64,000 nt of DNA from Tetramitus jugosus (taxonomy: Eukaryota; Protista; Heterolobosea): contig OW569368.1 of NCBI GenBank assembly GCA_937625935.1, positions 186,001 to 250,000 of the forward strand. Reading direction: 5' to 3'. The stretch's first letter is position 1. Each line of letters begins with the position of its first letter. Shown piece after piece: positions 20,408 to 33,374 of this stretch. The notes under the pieces were generated by a model. The model worked only from the letters and a program-made list of their open reading frames with translations. It ran no database searches and was not told the origin of the DNA. The position numbers and the translations under genes were made by a program.

Positions 20408-22857
20408 ATGTTCGACCATAAGAACCAAAAGACGGACCATGACATCACAGATGCCACCGTTCAGACACTACTCCGAGTAACCAATCAACAAGTTGCTTCT
20501 CCCTCTGAATACGAAGCTAAAAAGCGAAGAAGAAGAAAAAGGGCTCAGAAAGAAAAGGAAGACGAAGAAGAAGAAGAAGAAGATGAAATTGACATTTATG
20601 CAAAGGATTTTCTGCCTTCTGCCTATCAGATCCATGAGAACATTCGTATGGGACCTCTAGCAAAATGGAGAAAGAAGAGAATGATTCCTTGGAAGATTAT
20701 TCTTCATGCCATTATTGTGACATTGGTCACCGTACTTATTTTGTTGTATACTCAAAAGAGACAACCATTTTTCAGGAGACAGGGAGAGGGATTTGCGCAA
20801 TTGTTTCTGCCTGAGTCTCACAAAAATATTGAAGAATCTGGTTATGACACCTATATTGCATTCCTGAGAAATATAGACGATGTAATTGATGATGTCAAGA
20901 AAACTGTTTCTACCTATTATTCACTGTCGAATACGAGTGTAGATTCAGTATTATACTTGCCAAAGAGTAGATCGGAGCCAAATATTATTCGTCCGATTAA
21001 GGCTACAGCTAAACTCTGGAATCAAAACCCAAGACATTATCTCGAAGCGGGCCACGATACACATAATGTCGACGATCTGAAATATTCGGTTGTCCGTGAT
21101 GATTTGAGTGATGAGAATCCTCTTGGGTTGACTTTGAGTAACATCATAACCAATGATACCAGATTGTTTTTTGACAGGTTGAATCAGTTAAAACTTGAGT
21201 TTGATTATCAGAGCTTAGATGTCAGTTCATTCAGTACATCCAAGATTGCAGAGTGCATTCAATGGACCTTGTACAAGACGTATGAGTTTCATGGATCGGG
21301 ATCACTTGCTGTTACACTATTTTATGAGTACAATGAGTGTGAGAATATCAAGTCAGCTCCTAAAGCTCAATTTCGTAAGGCAACCACGTGGATCAGTCTC
21401 TTCTTGATGATCTGCTCCTTTATATCTCAATTCTTGACATTTAAGTCGATCATTAAGAGAATTAGATACTTTTTGCATATCAGAAAGGGAACAAAGCTCA
21501 TAAGGCGATCCAGTGGAAGATTTAGCAAGTCTCTGATGCCAACTCTGGATCTTGCGCAAAAAATTGGATTGCCATTGGGAGATATCAAATTGAGTGACCT
21601 CCCAAAGTTTGTGTCTCTGTGGTATCTGGTTCAGTGGATGGCCGACATTTGTAACATTGTTTCCTTCTTTTTGCTCATATTGGATCATATCGATACTGTG
21701 TTTCCTCCACTGTTTCTAGGTGCAGGTGCGTTCATATCCTGGCTATCTATTCTCAGATTCTTCCAATATGCACCCTCATTTTATGTATGTATCATCCATT
21801 GATATTGAACATTTACGTCCTAACCGAAACTAACTTTACAATCCTTTAGGCATTAATTGTCACAATCAGAAACGGTATACCCAATGCGTTCAGATACTTT
21901 GTTTGTGTGTTACCCATTTTCATTGGCTTCTCAATCGCTGGTACAACCATTTTTGGTCACTACAATAGAAATGTATGTAGCTCAAATTAATAGAACGTAC
22001 TTGATTCAATCATCCACTAACCTTTGACCAACAACAAACAGTTTGATGATGTTCAAGAAGCATCCATATCTCTATTTTGTATGTTAAACGGAGATGCCAT
22101 CCATCACATATTCGATGGTCTGTCGGGAATCAACGGGTTCATGTCCTTTAGCTCTCGAGTTTATGTGTATGTATTCTGTATACTATTCATTACAACTATT
22201 CTCAACATCTTCATTCTGATCATGCAAGACGCGTTCGAGAAGACGCGTCAGGAGTTCGCGGAGAAGAGTGAAGCTGAGAAGTTGTTGTTCGACAGAGCTG
22301 CAAGTGAGAATGAGAATCCAGGTGAAGGAAGTAGAGCTGACTGCAGCAGTGACGACTCAAGTGACGTTTACAGCTACTCGAGCGATGAACTTGACTTGGA
22401 AGATAACGTGACCCTGTTTCGTGAAGACAGCTCAGACAACAACGAGCAAGGAGGAAAGAGATCGCTCACTAAACTGTCCCGAACCAAGCGACTCCAAGAA
22501 CAGTTGCAAGAAATCGCGGATGAACAAGCCAAAAAAGATGGTGCTGAACCAAAAAGTCTCAAGTATATATTTGATGAAGAATCGCCGTTGGAGAACATTG
22601 ACCGGATTCAAAGCTTTGTTCGAGAACTTGCGCGACAGAGAACTTTGCAATCTACCGAAGATGCATTGATCCGAGAATTGCTGGATAAACTGGATGAAAC
22701 TGCAGAGTCTCTGAAGACGGCCACGCTCGACTTCAGAGGACATACAATCGGTAACCACATCATCGATGAGAATTACTACGAGGCACCTGAAGAACAAAAC
22801 TATCGCCTGTCGCGAACGAACACCTTTTACCACAAACTCAAAAATCAACAGCGATAA
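20408..22857 (+). CDS. MCOLN: Mucolipin (TRPML) cation channel; exons 20408-21784, 21850-21972, 22042-22857
   Basis: 'MGPLAKWRKKRMIPWKIILH'; spliced S5 'NGIPNAFRYFVCVLPIFIGF'; pore 'SLFCMLNGD'; S6 'ILNIFILIMQDAFE'. Introns 21785-21849 and 21973-22041 have GTATGT donors and CTAAC branch motifs. Confidence 0.88.
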
Positions 22858-23521
22858 ACAATTATAATAACACGCATCAACCGTCTCGTTTTTTGGACAT
22901 CGACCCAATTTCGGTAAATTCAAAAACCATTTTGGCGTCATTATCTCACCGTTTGCACAAAATTCTTGTCGGATATTTGTCCTTAGAAAATATCTTGCGT
23001 ACCCAAAAGCTCCCTCGGACACAGTTACGATTTCGCTTCACTATATTGGGTCAAGATGACCAGAATGGAAACCTGCTGAATAATTTGGACCCCACATCGC
23101 CCATCAGCACAAGCATGTAAGTTCGTGCACTAATTATTTTGTGCAAGACGTCCGTTCTAACCTGGATTCCTGTGATTGTCTCGCCTCCAAAAAGGACCCA
23201 CACCTCCTCGCCCAAATCCACTCAGTCTTTCTTCTCGCACGAATCGTGAGGTGTGTTCACAAAAAACAAAAAAGAGTTCATTCTTCAGAAGACAGAACAA
23301 CCTATTTATTTTCCTCCAAGAGTCACATCACAAGACCACTGGCCAAGAAAAAGAAAACCAACTCCTTTGAAAAAACCAATACGTCCTTTCAACCTCCCAA
23401 ATACTGGAAACGTTCCTCTGTGCTCAAGCTACCCAAATAATCACTGAAATCTTTCCGCAAAACTACCGCACCACCAAATATTGCAATTTAGCTCCATACT
23501 GACCAACCAACTGACTGAGTC

Positions 23522-25405
23522 ATGAACCACCATACGACATACCATCCATCACAACAACCACTACCACCACCTCCACAGCACTCCCAGTTTGCTTCTCATT
23601 CACCTGACTCACACATGAACCATTACAACAATAGCAGCAACGGTGGTCACCTGCAAAACAACAACAATAACAGCAGCAGCAATACAATATTGCCTCCACT
23701 GAGAGAAATGACTGAAGGTTTCTCAAGTGGTGGTCATGGTGGTCATAGCTATCATCACCACCATAACTATCCACAGCAACAACCACAACAACAGCAAAGC
23801 TATGGTCACCATCATCATCATCATCACCACAGCAGTCGACATTCTCCAATGGACAGTCGTCATAGCTATCATCCACAATCACATTACAATAACAATAGCT
23901 CTCCTTATCCACCAGCACTGCCATCATCTTCATCATCAGTAGGTAGTGCTCATGGTAACAATCATCCTCTTTACCAACAACAACAATACAATCATACAAC
24001 AACGACATCAACAACAACATCCACAGCACCACTACCACCTATAGCAGCAGCAACAGCAACATCAGTTCATTCACTGCATGTCCCATCCGTTGCTTCGATT
24101 CATCATCATTCACATGATGGCTCTCCTATGCCGCGCCACCATGTTTCACCTTATCCTGTATCTGGTGGTGGTGTTGCTGCTCAAAGAAGAGACAGCAACA
24201 ATGAAGTTGCCTACTATCCATCTTCGTCTTCGTCAGACTCGTCACTTGTTGTTCCACATTATCCTCAACAACAACAGCAACAACAACAACAGCCATATCA
24301 TCATAGCCAACCACCACCACCACAACAACAAGCACCAATGATGAGCAATAGCAGTAGTAGTAGTGGTCCAACCACTGCTATGCAACAGCAACAAACTACA
24401 TTCTCTCATACCAACAACAACAACAACAATAAGAAGGTTATTGCCAACAGCAATATCAACAACAATAACAACAACACAAGTAGTACTAACAACAATAGTA
24501 CAAGCAGCAACAGTTCGAGTACAAAGAGAGAGGGACTCTCTTTTACAAACACGATATTTGCAGAGTTTATTGACTATGCTTCCATTGAAGCAAACAATAA
24601 CAATTCTTCTTCTTCTAGTTCAACAGATTTGAACAATGGTGATTTTGATCACAATAACAACAATAACAGTGTTGTGGCTGCTGTTGTTCCAAGAGACCAT
24701 GTGACAACTGTTCCATCGTCATCATCGATTGATCCTGAACAAGTCAAGTTTTTTACTCGAAATGCCACCTTTATCGAGTACAACAATGGAAAATTGTTGC
24801 TCAGTTCAGTGAAGCACGGTGTGACATTGGAGGTGCCACAGACGGATGACTTTGATGAGATGACTTCACGAGTGCGACTAGTAGATGCACTCACACACAG
24901 AGAAGTCTTCTGTTCCACTAGTTCTTCACTGAGAAGTAAGGGACAGAGAGTGGTGTACGGACAAACGTTATCTCTGTTTGACCAGTGCTCAAACGATCAC
25001 ATGTCCACAGAGTTGGAATTTAGGTTCCGTGAGTCCACAACGACAAACAAGAGGCCGTATGTGCTCAGGATTGAGATTTGCAAGGCCAGTGATATTATTG
25101 GTGCCTTCCAGACTGAGCCGTTCAATGTTGTCTGGAGAGATCCCGCCAAGACGAGCAGAAAGTCTCGAGGTTCAACATCGACCATTGGTGTCAGCAGCAA
25201 CGCTGGAGCAGCCACATCTCCTGCATCATCACCAAAGGGTGATAACTCCTCTAGACCCACCAAGAAGAGAAAGTTGAGTCAAGCAGAAGACAAGTTGTCA
25301 AAGAGTGACGATGACTCTTCAGTCGACTATAAGCAGTACATCTACAAGCAGTTGATTCAAAATGATGACCAAATCAGGAGTCAGAGTGAACTAAAACATC
25401 GATGA
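23522..25405 (+). CDS. His/Gln/Asn-rich protein with C-terminal beta-sandwich domain, putative transcription factor (CudA/STAT-like fold?)
   Basis: 627-aa ORF with a low-complexity N-half; folded region 'LEFRFRESTTTNKRPYVLRIEI...QTEPFNVVWR'; NLS-like 'PTKKRK'. Family assignment is weak. Confidence 0.55.
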   Translation: MNHHTTYHPSQQPLPPPPQHSQFASHSPDSHMNHYNNSSNGGHLQNNNNNSSSNTILPPLREMTEGFSSGGHGGHSYHHHHNYPQQQPQQQQSYGHHHHHHHHSSRHSPMDSRHSYHPQSHYNNNSSPYPPALPSSSSSVGSAHGNNHPLYQQQQYNHTTTTSTTTSTAPLPPIAAATATSVHSLHVPSVASIHHHSHDGSPMPRHHVSPYPVSGGGVAAQRRDSNNEVAYYPSSSSSDSSLVVPHYPQQQQQQQQQPYHHSQPPPPQQQAPMMSNSSSSSGPTTAMQQQQTTFSHTNNNNNNKKVIANSNINNNNNNTSSTNNNSTSSNSSSTKREGLSFTNTIFAEFIDYASIEANNNNSSSSSSTDLNNGDFDHNNNNNSVVAAVVPRDHVTTVPSSSSIDPEQVKFFTRNATFIEYNNGKLLLSSVKHGVTLEVPQTDDFDEMTSRVRLVDALTHREVFCSTSSSLRSKGQRVVYGQTLSLFDQCSNDHMSTELEFRFRESTTTNKRPYVLRIEICKASDIIGAFQTEPFNVVWRDPAKTSRKSRGSTSTIGVSSNAGAATSPASSPKGDNSSRPTKKRKLSQAEDKLSKSDDDSSVDYKQYIYKQLIQNDDQIRSQSELKHR

Positions 25406-25513
25406 ATAATAAGATGAAAATGATTAATTCTCTGAGAACAAAATTATTTATGAGCTGTACATAACATAGTAGATGTGTGAGCGTTAGAGGGATACCATGT
25501 AAAGAATAAACAA

Positions 25514-28500
25514 TTAATACTTACCAACAATGTGTATGTAGTCATTGATTTGAGCTTTCGTATTGTTCAGACTCTTCTTTATCTGATCTCGGAAGTGTTG
25601 AGCAGCTTCATCGGGATTCTTATCGAGCACCAAGCACTTTCTTAACCATAATACATCCTCAATCGATCTTAACTCTGGAATTCCCGTGGCTAACATCAAG
25701 AGGAACAAGTTCATGATCATCTTTCCGTGCTTTCTAATAATGTTGAAAGCTCGGGAAGCAAGGTCAGCGAATCGAACAAAGTTGTCACTACCCTCTCCTC
25801 CCATCACATGAGCATACATAGGAGTAAAGACAAAGGGAGAAGTCTCTCTCTTGTAGATCCCCTTGAATGTCTTGAAGTGACCCAAGAAGTGTCCAAAGTC
25901 AATGTGAAACAAATCTCCCTTTTTAGTTAACATAATATTGTCATTGTGCCTGTCACCTATTCCTAAGACATAAGTAGCGACACAGTATCCAGCACAACTA
26001 TACACAAAATTATTCACCACATTGTCCCATAGATCTAGTTTGGGATTTTGAACTTTTAACCATTCTGTTAGTGGAGTGTCACTAAAAGCAGCAGTTGCAC
26101 CACCACTTGCTGATGTAATATTGGCTATCGTATCTGAATTCAATACAATCTCTATCATTCCTATCATGTCGCCCAGACAAACACAACCGTAAGGTTGCAT
26201 ATGAAGATCTAAACCTTCTTGTTTCCACCTCTTATCCATGGTTTTTAACATTTGAAGTGTCAACAAATCTTGCCGAATATCATCTCCAGCCTTAAACATG
26301 ACATAGATAGGAGGAGCACTGGAATCTGCATTTTCAAACACGAGCCATAGAGGAAGTTTTTTGGAATCCATAACTTTGCACTTCTCAGGAAGAATACCCC
26401 TAACTTCTAATCGTGGGGAAAGAGGAAGTTTGAACTTGGGAGGATGTACAAGTTTAACAAGCTCACTACGGAGAATGTTGTGAATCTCTGCTTTCTTTGC
26501 TTCCTTCACTTTCATTGCTATCGAGTACAGTTGTTTTACAATGCCGTTCTGTTTGAGTAAATCCTTTCTATGAGCTCCGCAGTGGCACAAGTATTCCTCA
26601 AGTATTAGGCCGTATCTCTCTCTTATATATGGTACATGTAGCTCTCCTTTCAGATGCCAGAACAAGATATGGCCAATCAAGTGAGTGCACTGCAGTCCTC
26701 TCTGTAGTAGGAACCTTGAGAGTGAAGAATCGTGATAAGGTTCGTACTTCAATGTCTGAACTAACTGCAGAATAAAATCAGATAACTCATTGTCGTCCAT
26801 CCTGTTCAACATTTTCACCGCATATTCCCGAACACAAGCATCCCCATAGTGATAGTCTAATAATTCTATTGAATCAATGGGTTCCATTGGAGCCCATTCT
26901 TCCAATAGTTTATGAGAGATAAATATTGCATGGGGATTTCTGGACGGAACACTTGCTAAGAATTTTGGAAGAGCCTTGCTATTGGTTTTTAACTTTTCTC
27001 TGGAGTCCCATATTCTCCACATTTCCTCTTCATTCAAAGTATAGAGGGGATCTGAGTCTATGATTCTCTCTATTTCCTTATCTAGTTCTTCATTAGATAG
27101 GAAACCATAGAGAACTCTTTGTTGTTCCTCGTAAGATCTAAATTTATCTTGAAGTTCTTGTGGGGGTTCTCCTTGAGGAAACATAACCGGTAGGCAGAAG
27201 GTATCAAGTTCAAATGTGATACAACAAGGAGCAGAATCATCAGCTAGACCACCTGTTCCAACATTCTGTACACTGGCAAACTGAGGTTGGGAAGCTTCAT
27301 CTGGCCACATTCTGAGTTTGAGACCTCCTGTTCTTAGTTCTCCCTTATGATCTATCAATGGATAATTTACATAAGCCAGTGGTACATCTTTGGCTCTGCA
27401 GTAACCATCTCCATTTATTGACGTCTGCATAGGATCAGGTTTGTTCCTCTTGAACTTTTTAGCATAGACAGTGAGACATATTTTGGTTTCTCTTGGAAGT
27501 TCGGAGAGCAATAGGTTAGGAAATTCTACCCATTGATTCCATCTCACATATCGGGTGAAAGGAATCGCTCGGCTGAATCTACTGTTGGAAATACGATGAG
27601 CTCCATGAAACAGATCAATTTTTACATATGTACTGGTGGTTGTCGGATCGTATGTCAACTTCTCAACATATTGAGGTCGAAGATTCGGGGTCAGATTATC
27701 TGTTCCTAGTATTCTAACTCGAAAAGGTCGATGGAGATCCCAAAGGCTGATATACTCCATGGCAGACCATGATTTTGTCAACATTTTTAGCTCATCATGA
27801 TTAAACAGATAATGACTTGTTTCAAACTCGTAGGTAATCTTGTGTATCTATCATTCTCTGGTTAAGTTATTTGCTTTGAAAAGTTAACATCAATCAGTAC
27901 TAACCTTAACATCCTTCATTTCAATTTCCTCTTCGACCTTTCGTTTATTCAGCAAGGTTAACTCAACAATTTGATCTTTTGCTAGACATCTCCGGATATG
28001 TTCGAAATTAATCATCTGTACATCTCCATAAAGATATTCGGCAGTTCCACTCGCTTTAAAAACCCAATCATCCTTCTGTCTCCCCAGAGCGAGGGAAGTA
28101 TTAATCTTATTTAAAAAGAATATTGCGAAATCGTCGGCCGTCATCTCTCCCTTGCATATCACCATAGTTTTCACTTTTGTATCATCGATATCTAAATGAA
28201 TACGACATTTAAAAGACCCCTTATATGTGGGCGGTAGAGGGTCATTCGTTACATATACAGGGGGTAGGACATATGTGTTTTCGGTGACAATCTTCTTGGC
28301 GCTGTTCAGATTTTAGTGGTAAAGTTCTGGAAGATATTCAAAAGAGATCTACGTACTGTTTCATGCTCTCTCGAAAGGAAGAAGATTCTTCCTTTCCCGA
28401 ATCCCACTCCTTTGTGGAACCTAGTAACATTTCTATCTCTTCCTTGATTTGTTGGGAGTTCATGGTTTTAGCTATTAGCTCGCTGGTCTAATATTGAGAA

Positions 28501-28704
28501 AGCATTAATCTATCAGACATGATCCACCGTGAAAAAATTTGATATTTAACATACCTCATTGTCCTCAATCATTATTCGGGAATAACTTGAACTGAATGAC
28601 CGGTCACCACTAGGGCTATCCACATTTCGGAATCGAGAAAAACTCCTTGTAGAATTTCTTCGAACCCCAATAGTAGATTGGTGATGAAGAGATAGTACTG
28701 ACAT
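25514..28704 (-). CDS. Class I-type phosphoinositide 3-kinase catalytic subunit (RBD-C2-helical-kinase); exons 28704-28555, 28487-28357, 28301-27905, 27847-25514
   Basis: 'KVMDSKKLPLWL', 'FKAGDDIRQDLLTLQ', 'YVLGIGDRHNDNIM', 'FHIDFGHFLG'. Introns 28488-28554, 28302-28356 and 27848-27904 give a continuous frame through the Ras-binding-like region. Confidence 0.92.
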
Positions 28705-29011
28705 TTTTGATTTCTGAGATGCAAAGAACTCAGGAGATTCTGAGCTGAGTTTGAGCGAAAAGCCGTAGTATCGGCGCTGAAATTTTACAACACCCCTGGC
28801 CGCTCATGCAAGTCCGATGACAGGCGGACAATCAAAATCCCAACGGAAAACGATTAAGAATCACAAACCAAAAAGCTTTTCCCATTGATTTTCTCGAGCA
28901 ACGAGTCGACTGTTGCTACCGTACAGCTATTCATCACCAAACCTGTCCTCCTGACCACTGTGCTGTGTGCTCTTAAAACTTAACTTATTTTTTCATTCCT
29001 CACCAATAACG

Positions 29012-30556
29012 ATGCAACCACACCCTGTAGATTCGGACTCTGATTTATTGGAGCTTCTTGGACACCAAAAAAAACGTCAAAAAACAAGTCATCACATGAT
29101 GCTTCATGACTCGACAAATAACAATGGTGCTGGTGGGAATCACTTGGATGACAGTAACAATGGCAATGACACAACATTGTCTTCTCTCATGCTTCAACAT
29201 GCAAATTCAGCCTCACTCATGGGGCAAACGACGTCGTCAAACTTGATTCATCATCAGCAACATCACGATAGCTTGGGTAGACGAGGAAGCTTAGTCATTG
29301 GTGCTGCATCAACGAATAATAATAACAATAATAACAACAACAATACCATCAATTCTCATGCACAACAACTGATCAACACTGCAAACAGTGAATCAACTGA
29401 TTTGTCCTCTCCATTCTCCAACACGAGTAACAACAGCAGCAGCAGTAACAATACAAATGAACTATTGAAGCACCTTGCGAACAATACCAACAATAATAAC
29501 AATGGTTGCAACGGTACCAATAATAATAATAGTAACAATGGTGGTGGTGGTGCCAACAACCTTGTCACTCAACTAGCAACACTTGTTCAAGAAACTCAGA
29601 ATCAAATTCGAATGTACACCCAACAGCAATTGATGCTCCAATCATTGCAAACCATGGTTCTCGAACAACAACGTCAAATTAATCAATTGGAGTCTTCGTT
29701 GAGTGCGACCAGAGAACAACAAAACAAGTTTTTTACGGCGATACAGTGTGCACAGACTCTTCAACAGAGACAACAACAGACCAATCCTTCGACTGCTGTC
29801 ATGACAAGGAGATTATCAATGACTCTGGATGCAAACAACCAGCCTACCTTTACAGAGGCACCAAGTCCATTGTTGAATGCTGGGGCTGCTGCGTTGCAAG
29901 CAAGACGCGTGTCCATTCCAATGGTTGATGGAGGTGGTGCAAATGTTGTGTCACCTCATGCACCCACACCTGTTGTGGATCAGCAAGCTGCCGTGTTGAG
30001 CATGAGACGACTGTCTGCAGTGGGATTGGATCAAGCAGATACGGAGAATGCTCTCAATCCATTGCACTTGTTCCAACAACAGCAGCAACAGCAACAACAG
30101 TCACAACAAGCCAATTTGATCAGAAGGATGAGCATGGACCCATCTCAACTCATGGCACAGAGTGTTGGCATGGGTGTGAATGCCATGCAAGACATTGCCA
30201 ATATAACAAACATGCCTGCTCGAAGGATGTCAACTGTGATGGAGACGAATCAAATTCAAGAGAATGCGAGTATTGCAGCAGCCATGAATGCATACACATT
30301 CCCATCATCGCAACAACAACAACAGTTGCAACAGAGAAGAATGTCCATGGATCCAAATGCTCTTTATGTTGATCCTAATCAAATGTCAGTGCAATCCACA
30401 ACACAACAAGTAATGGAGGCTGTGAGAAGAGCATCCTTATCGCTCGATTCTGCAATGGGTGTTCCATTGGTCAATGCCAACAATGCGCAAGGACGTCGGT
30501 TGTCACTGTCCGTTGACGCAACGAGTTACCTTGCTGAAAATGCCTCACAAATGTAA
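29012..30556 (+). CDS. Low-complexity coiled-coil protein with nine RRxS motifs
   Basis: ATG 29012 ('MQPHPVDSD'); Asn/Gln tracts, a central coiled coil, and repeated RR[x]S[hydrophobic/small] motifs. Confidence 0.75.
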   Translation: MQPHPVDSDSDLLELLGHQKKRQKTSHHMMLHDSTNNNGAGGNHLDDSNNGNDTTLSSLMLQHANSASLMGQTTSSNLIHHQQHHDSLGRRGSLVIGAASTNNNNNNNNNNTINSHAQQLINTANSESTDLSSPFSNTSNNSSSSNNTNELLKHLANNTNNNNNGCNGTNNNNSNNGGGGANNLVTQLATLVQETQNQIRMYTQQQLMLQSLQTMVLEQQRQINQLESSLSATREQQNKFFTAIQCAQTLQQRQQQTNPSTAVMTRRLSMTLDANNQPTFTEAPSPLLNAGAAALQARRVSIPMVDGGGANVVSPHAPTPVVDQQAAVLSMRRLSAVGLDQADTENALNPLHLFQQQQQQQQQSQQANLIRRMSMDPSQLMAQSVGMGVNAMQDIANITNMPARRMSTVMETNQIQENASIAAAMNAYTFPSSQQQQQLQQRRMSMDPNALYVDPNQMSVQSTTQQVMEAVRRASLSLDSAMGVPLVNANNAQGRRLSLSVDATSYLAENASQM

Positions 30557-30599
30557 ATCGTGATAAACAATTACCTTGTAGTATGCCAATCAACGAACT

Positions 30600-31774
30600 T
30601 TATTCGTTTGAGAATGTTGATTCTGGATTGCTCTTCTTGGGCGACAAACTGTCGTAGACCGTCGGTGAGATATTCACCAAATCTGATCCAATTTTCTCTA
30701 GTGTCCTTTTAGTATTCTCCAGTCTCCTCTTTGCCTCCAGTTCTTGCTCCCTTAGGTATTCAATCATTTGGGCAATGTGTTTGGCTTGTTGTTCCTCCTG
30801 CAACATTTGAGCTTGGATAGCAAAAGCAACCTTCTCGTGCGAGAGTTGCCTCAAGTGGTTGTGAGTCCGTTCAAAGGTCATTCGACTGTCCTTAATATAT
30901 TTTACGACTTCCGATTTGCTCTTCACTTCATTATCCTTCATCTCATGGTATTGTTGCTCGTTTTGCTGTTAATATGAACAAAGTCGAGTTAGAATTGAGG
31001 AGTAATAAAATAATTGTATTAGGTGACATACTCTCCTATTCGTTCTTCTCTCCTCCAGCTTCATCTTCTTGAGCTTTTCTTTTGCTCGTTCGTTTTCTAG
31101 CCTTGCTTCTTGACGTTGTTTCCTCGTCGAATCAGCTCTCTCAATATTCGATGTTTTTAACTGCTCCTTCACTTGTTCGCTGAGCTGCTTGAAGTATTGC
31201 TTTTTCTGTCTAATTTCCTCCATATCCTTATTTCGTTTAATGTGATGAGACGTCATCTTGTCTCTCACTAACTTTCGCCGTTCCTTTTCGGTTTCACTCA
31301 GGTTTCTTACATGATCTCGATGAGCTTCTTCGATCTCTTCTCTTCTCTTCTTTGCTCTTTCGAATGATTCCTTCAGCTGCTTCGACTGTACGTGTCTCTC
31401 GTGTTCGGTCAGTGCCTTGGCTAACCTCATCTTTGCTTTCATTTCCTCCTCTTCGAGATATTTTACACGATTCAAGAGAATCTGCTGTTCCTTCTCCAAC
31501 CTCTTCTTATGGGATTTAGACTCCATAAGTTTGGAGGATAACAGGGGGGAAGTTAAGGGCTGAGAGGAATACCGATAAGGAGAGGAGAGTCGAGTCTTAG
31601 GGGATTCTTCCATGCTAGCCTATGGTCGATAACACAGAAGAAGAATGAGACATTATACACGACCAAACAACAACTACTAACAACTAACCCACATACAGAT
31701 AACATATGTCCTCGAGGTTTAACAGGGGACAGAGAGAAGCTCCCCGTCGCCGGGTTATGAGTAATACCTGACAT
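30600..31774 (-). CDS. Charged (K/E/R-rich) coiled-coil protein; exons 31774-31697, 31619-31032, 30965-30600
   Basis: Two phase-0 GTATGT..AG introns (31620-31696, 30966-31031) join three ORFs into one helical protein. Confidence 0.75.
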
Positions 31775-32025
31775 CGTAGTTTGGGATATCCTTTTTGTTA
31801 AAATTGCAAATAACGATCGAAACTCCTCACAAGTAATTCGTAGTTGAATCGGAGTATCGGCAACGCACCCGCTTGGTTTTATTCGTTAGTGAGTGGGGCT
31901 CAGCTCTCAAAATCGAATGAATTCATGTAACTACAATAACTTAGGTGTGAGGAGATCATCTCAATCCATGAGAAGCGTTAATGTGGTCGGTGACATTATT
32001 TAGGGTTCACGACATATCTGCCACC

Positions 32026-33374
32026 TTAATTCATGTTGTAGGGCAGGATTGCTACTGTCTTGTCATATGCAACTAAAACAGTTGATGTACTTGGGGATGC
32101 CTTGAAACACTCGATATGAGCTCTATTTGTTTTTGTGGATTCAGGGAACTGTTGAGACCAGATGAGCAGAGGATGAGCTTTGTTGCTGCTCTTCGACTTT
32201 TTCTTGGATGAGGAAGAGCTTGTGGTGGAGCTTGTCGTCTTTCCCTTCTTTTCAACTGCATAAAACTGGGCAACGTCCCACAGATTAATCACATTGTCAT
32301 AGCCGCAAGTGAAGAGCATTGTCTTATCACTCTGGTCAATAAATTGCCTACACCCATTTTCCATTTGTATGACAGATCCAAATAAAATGATTAGTATTTC
32401 AATGACACAATTAAAAGAACCTCAATATTCACATACATTTGATTTAGAATGTAAGAATGTGCGTCAATCGTACCAACAACCATACTCGATAGATCCTTAT
32501 TGACATTCAATAAGGCACACTTTCCATTTGCTAGTCCAACTGAAACTCTATTGTCATAACGATTCGAAACAGCCATACATTGGAGCAAAGGCGGATTGAC
32601 CAATTGCTTTGGATTGTTGACCTGCTTCTGCATCCTAGACTTTGATGACAAAACAGAGTCTTGCAGCTGCATTGTTTGGAAAGGAAGTGTCCAAATCGAT
32701 TTCCTCCCAACATCCATATTCTTTTGGTTCACAGAGTAGAGTGAGAGCTTATAGTCCAATCCAGCACTCAACAATTGAATATCATTCTTAATCAACTGTG
32801 TACCGATGCAAATATTTTCGTGAGCTCTAAAAGAACACACAACTTGTCCAATCGCACCCATCGTCGTCGTGCTACTCTTCTCGTCACTCACATTACTCGT
32901 CATCATAGTATCCATGTTTAACACGTAGACCATTCCAGAATCATCGCACAGACTCATTTTCGTTCCTTGCTTGTTCCAACTCATTCCATTCAACTCATTT
33001 TCATCACCATCATCACTATTCTTTTTCGAGGCATCACTACCTCCAGGAGACTCAATGAACTGAGAACATTGACTCGTTGGATGAATGACCCTGTTCATTC
33101 TCGTATCAAATCGATGTACTTGCATACCACTTGTCATATAGATCAAGTGAGGTGTCATAGGGTGGAACGATGCATTCGTGATCGTAGCAACAGAAGCACC
33201 TGTTGATGATGACGATAACATGAAACATTGAACACTTTTGCATGATCGAAGGTCCCACAATCTTCCAGTGCCATCCTCACTTGCTGTGAGCAATTCTTGT
33301 GAGTGATGATCCATGCATGTGATGGTGTCCTTGTGACCTGTGCATGTGCGAATCGTTGGTGATGTTTCGTTCAT
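32026..33374 (-). CDS. WDR53: WD40-repeat protein, WDR53-like; exons 33374-32437, 32347-32026
   Basis: 'GHKDTITCM...LLTASEDGTGRLWD', 'AHENIC', 'LVNPPLLQCMAV', 'FTCGYDNVINLWD'. Phase-2 intron 32348-32436. Confidence 0.7.
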
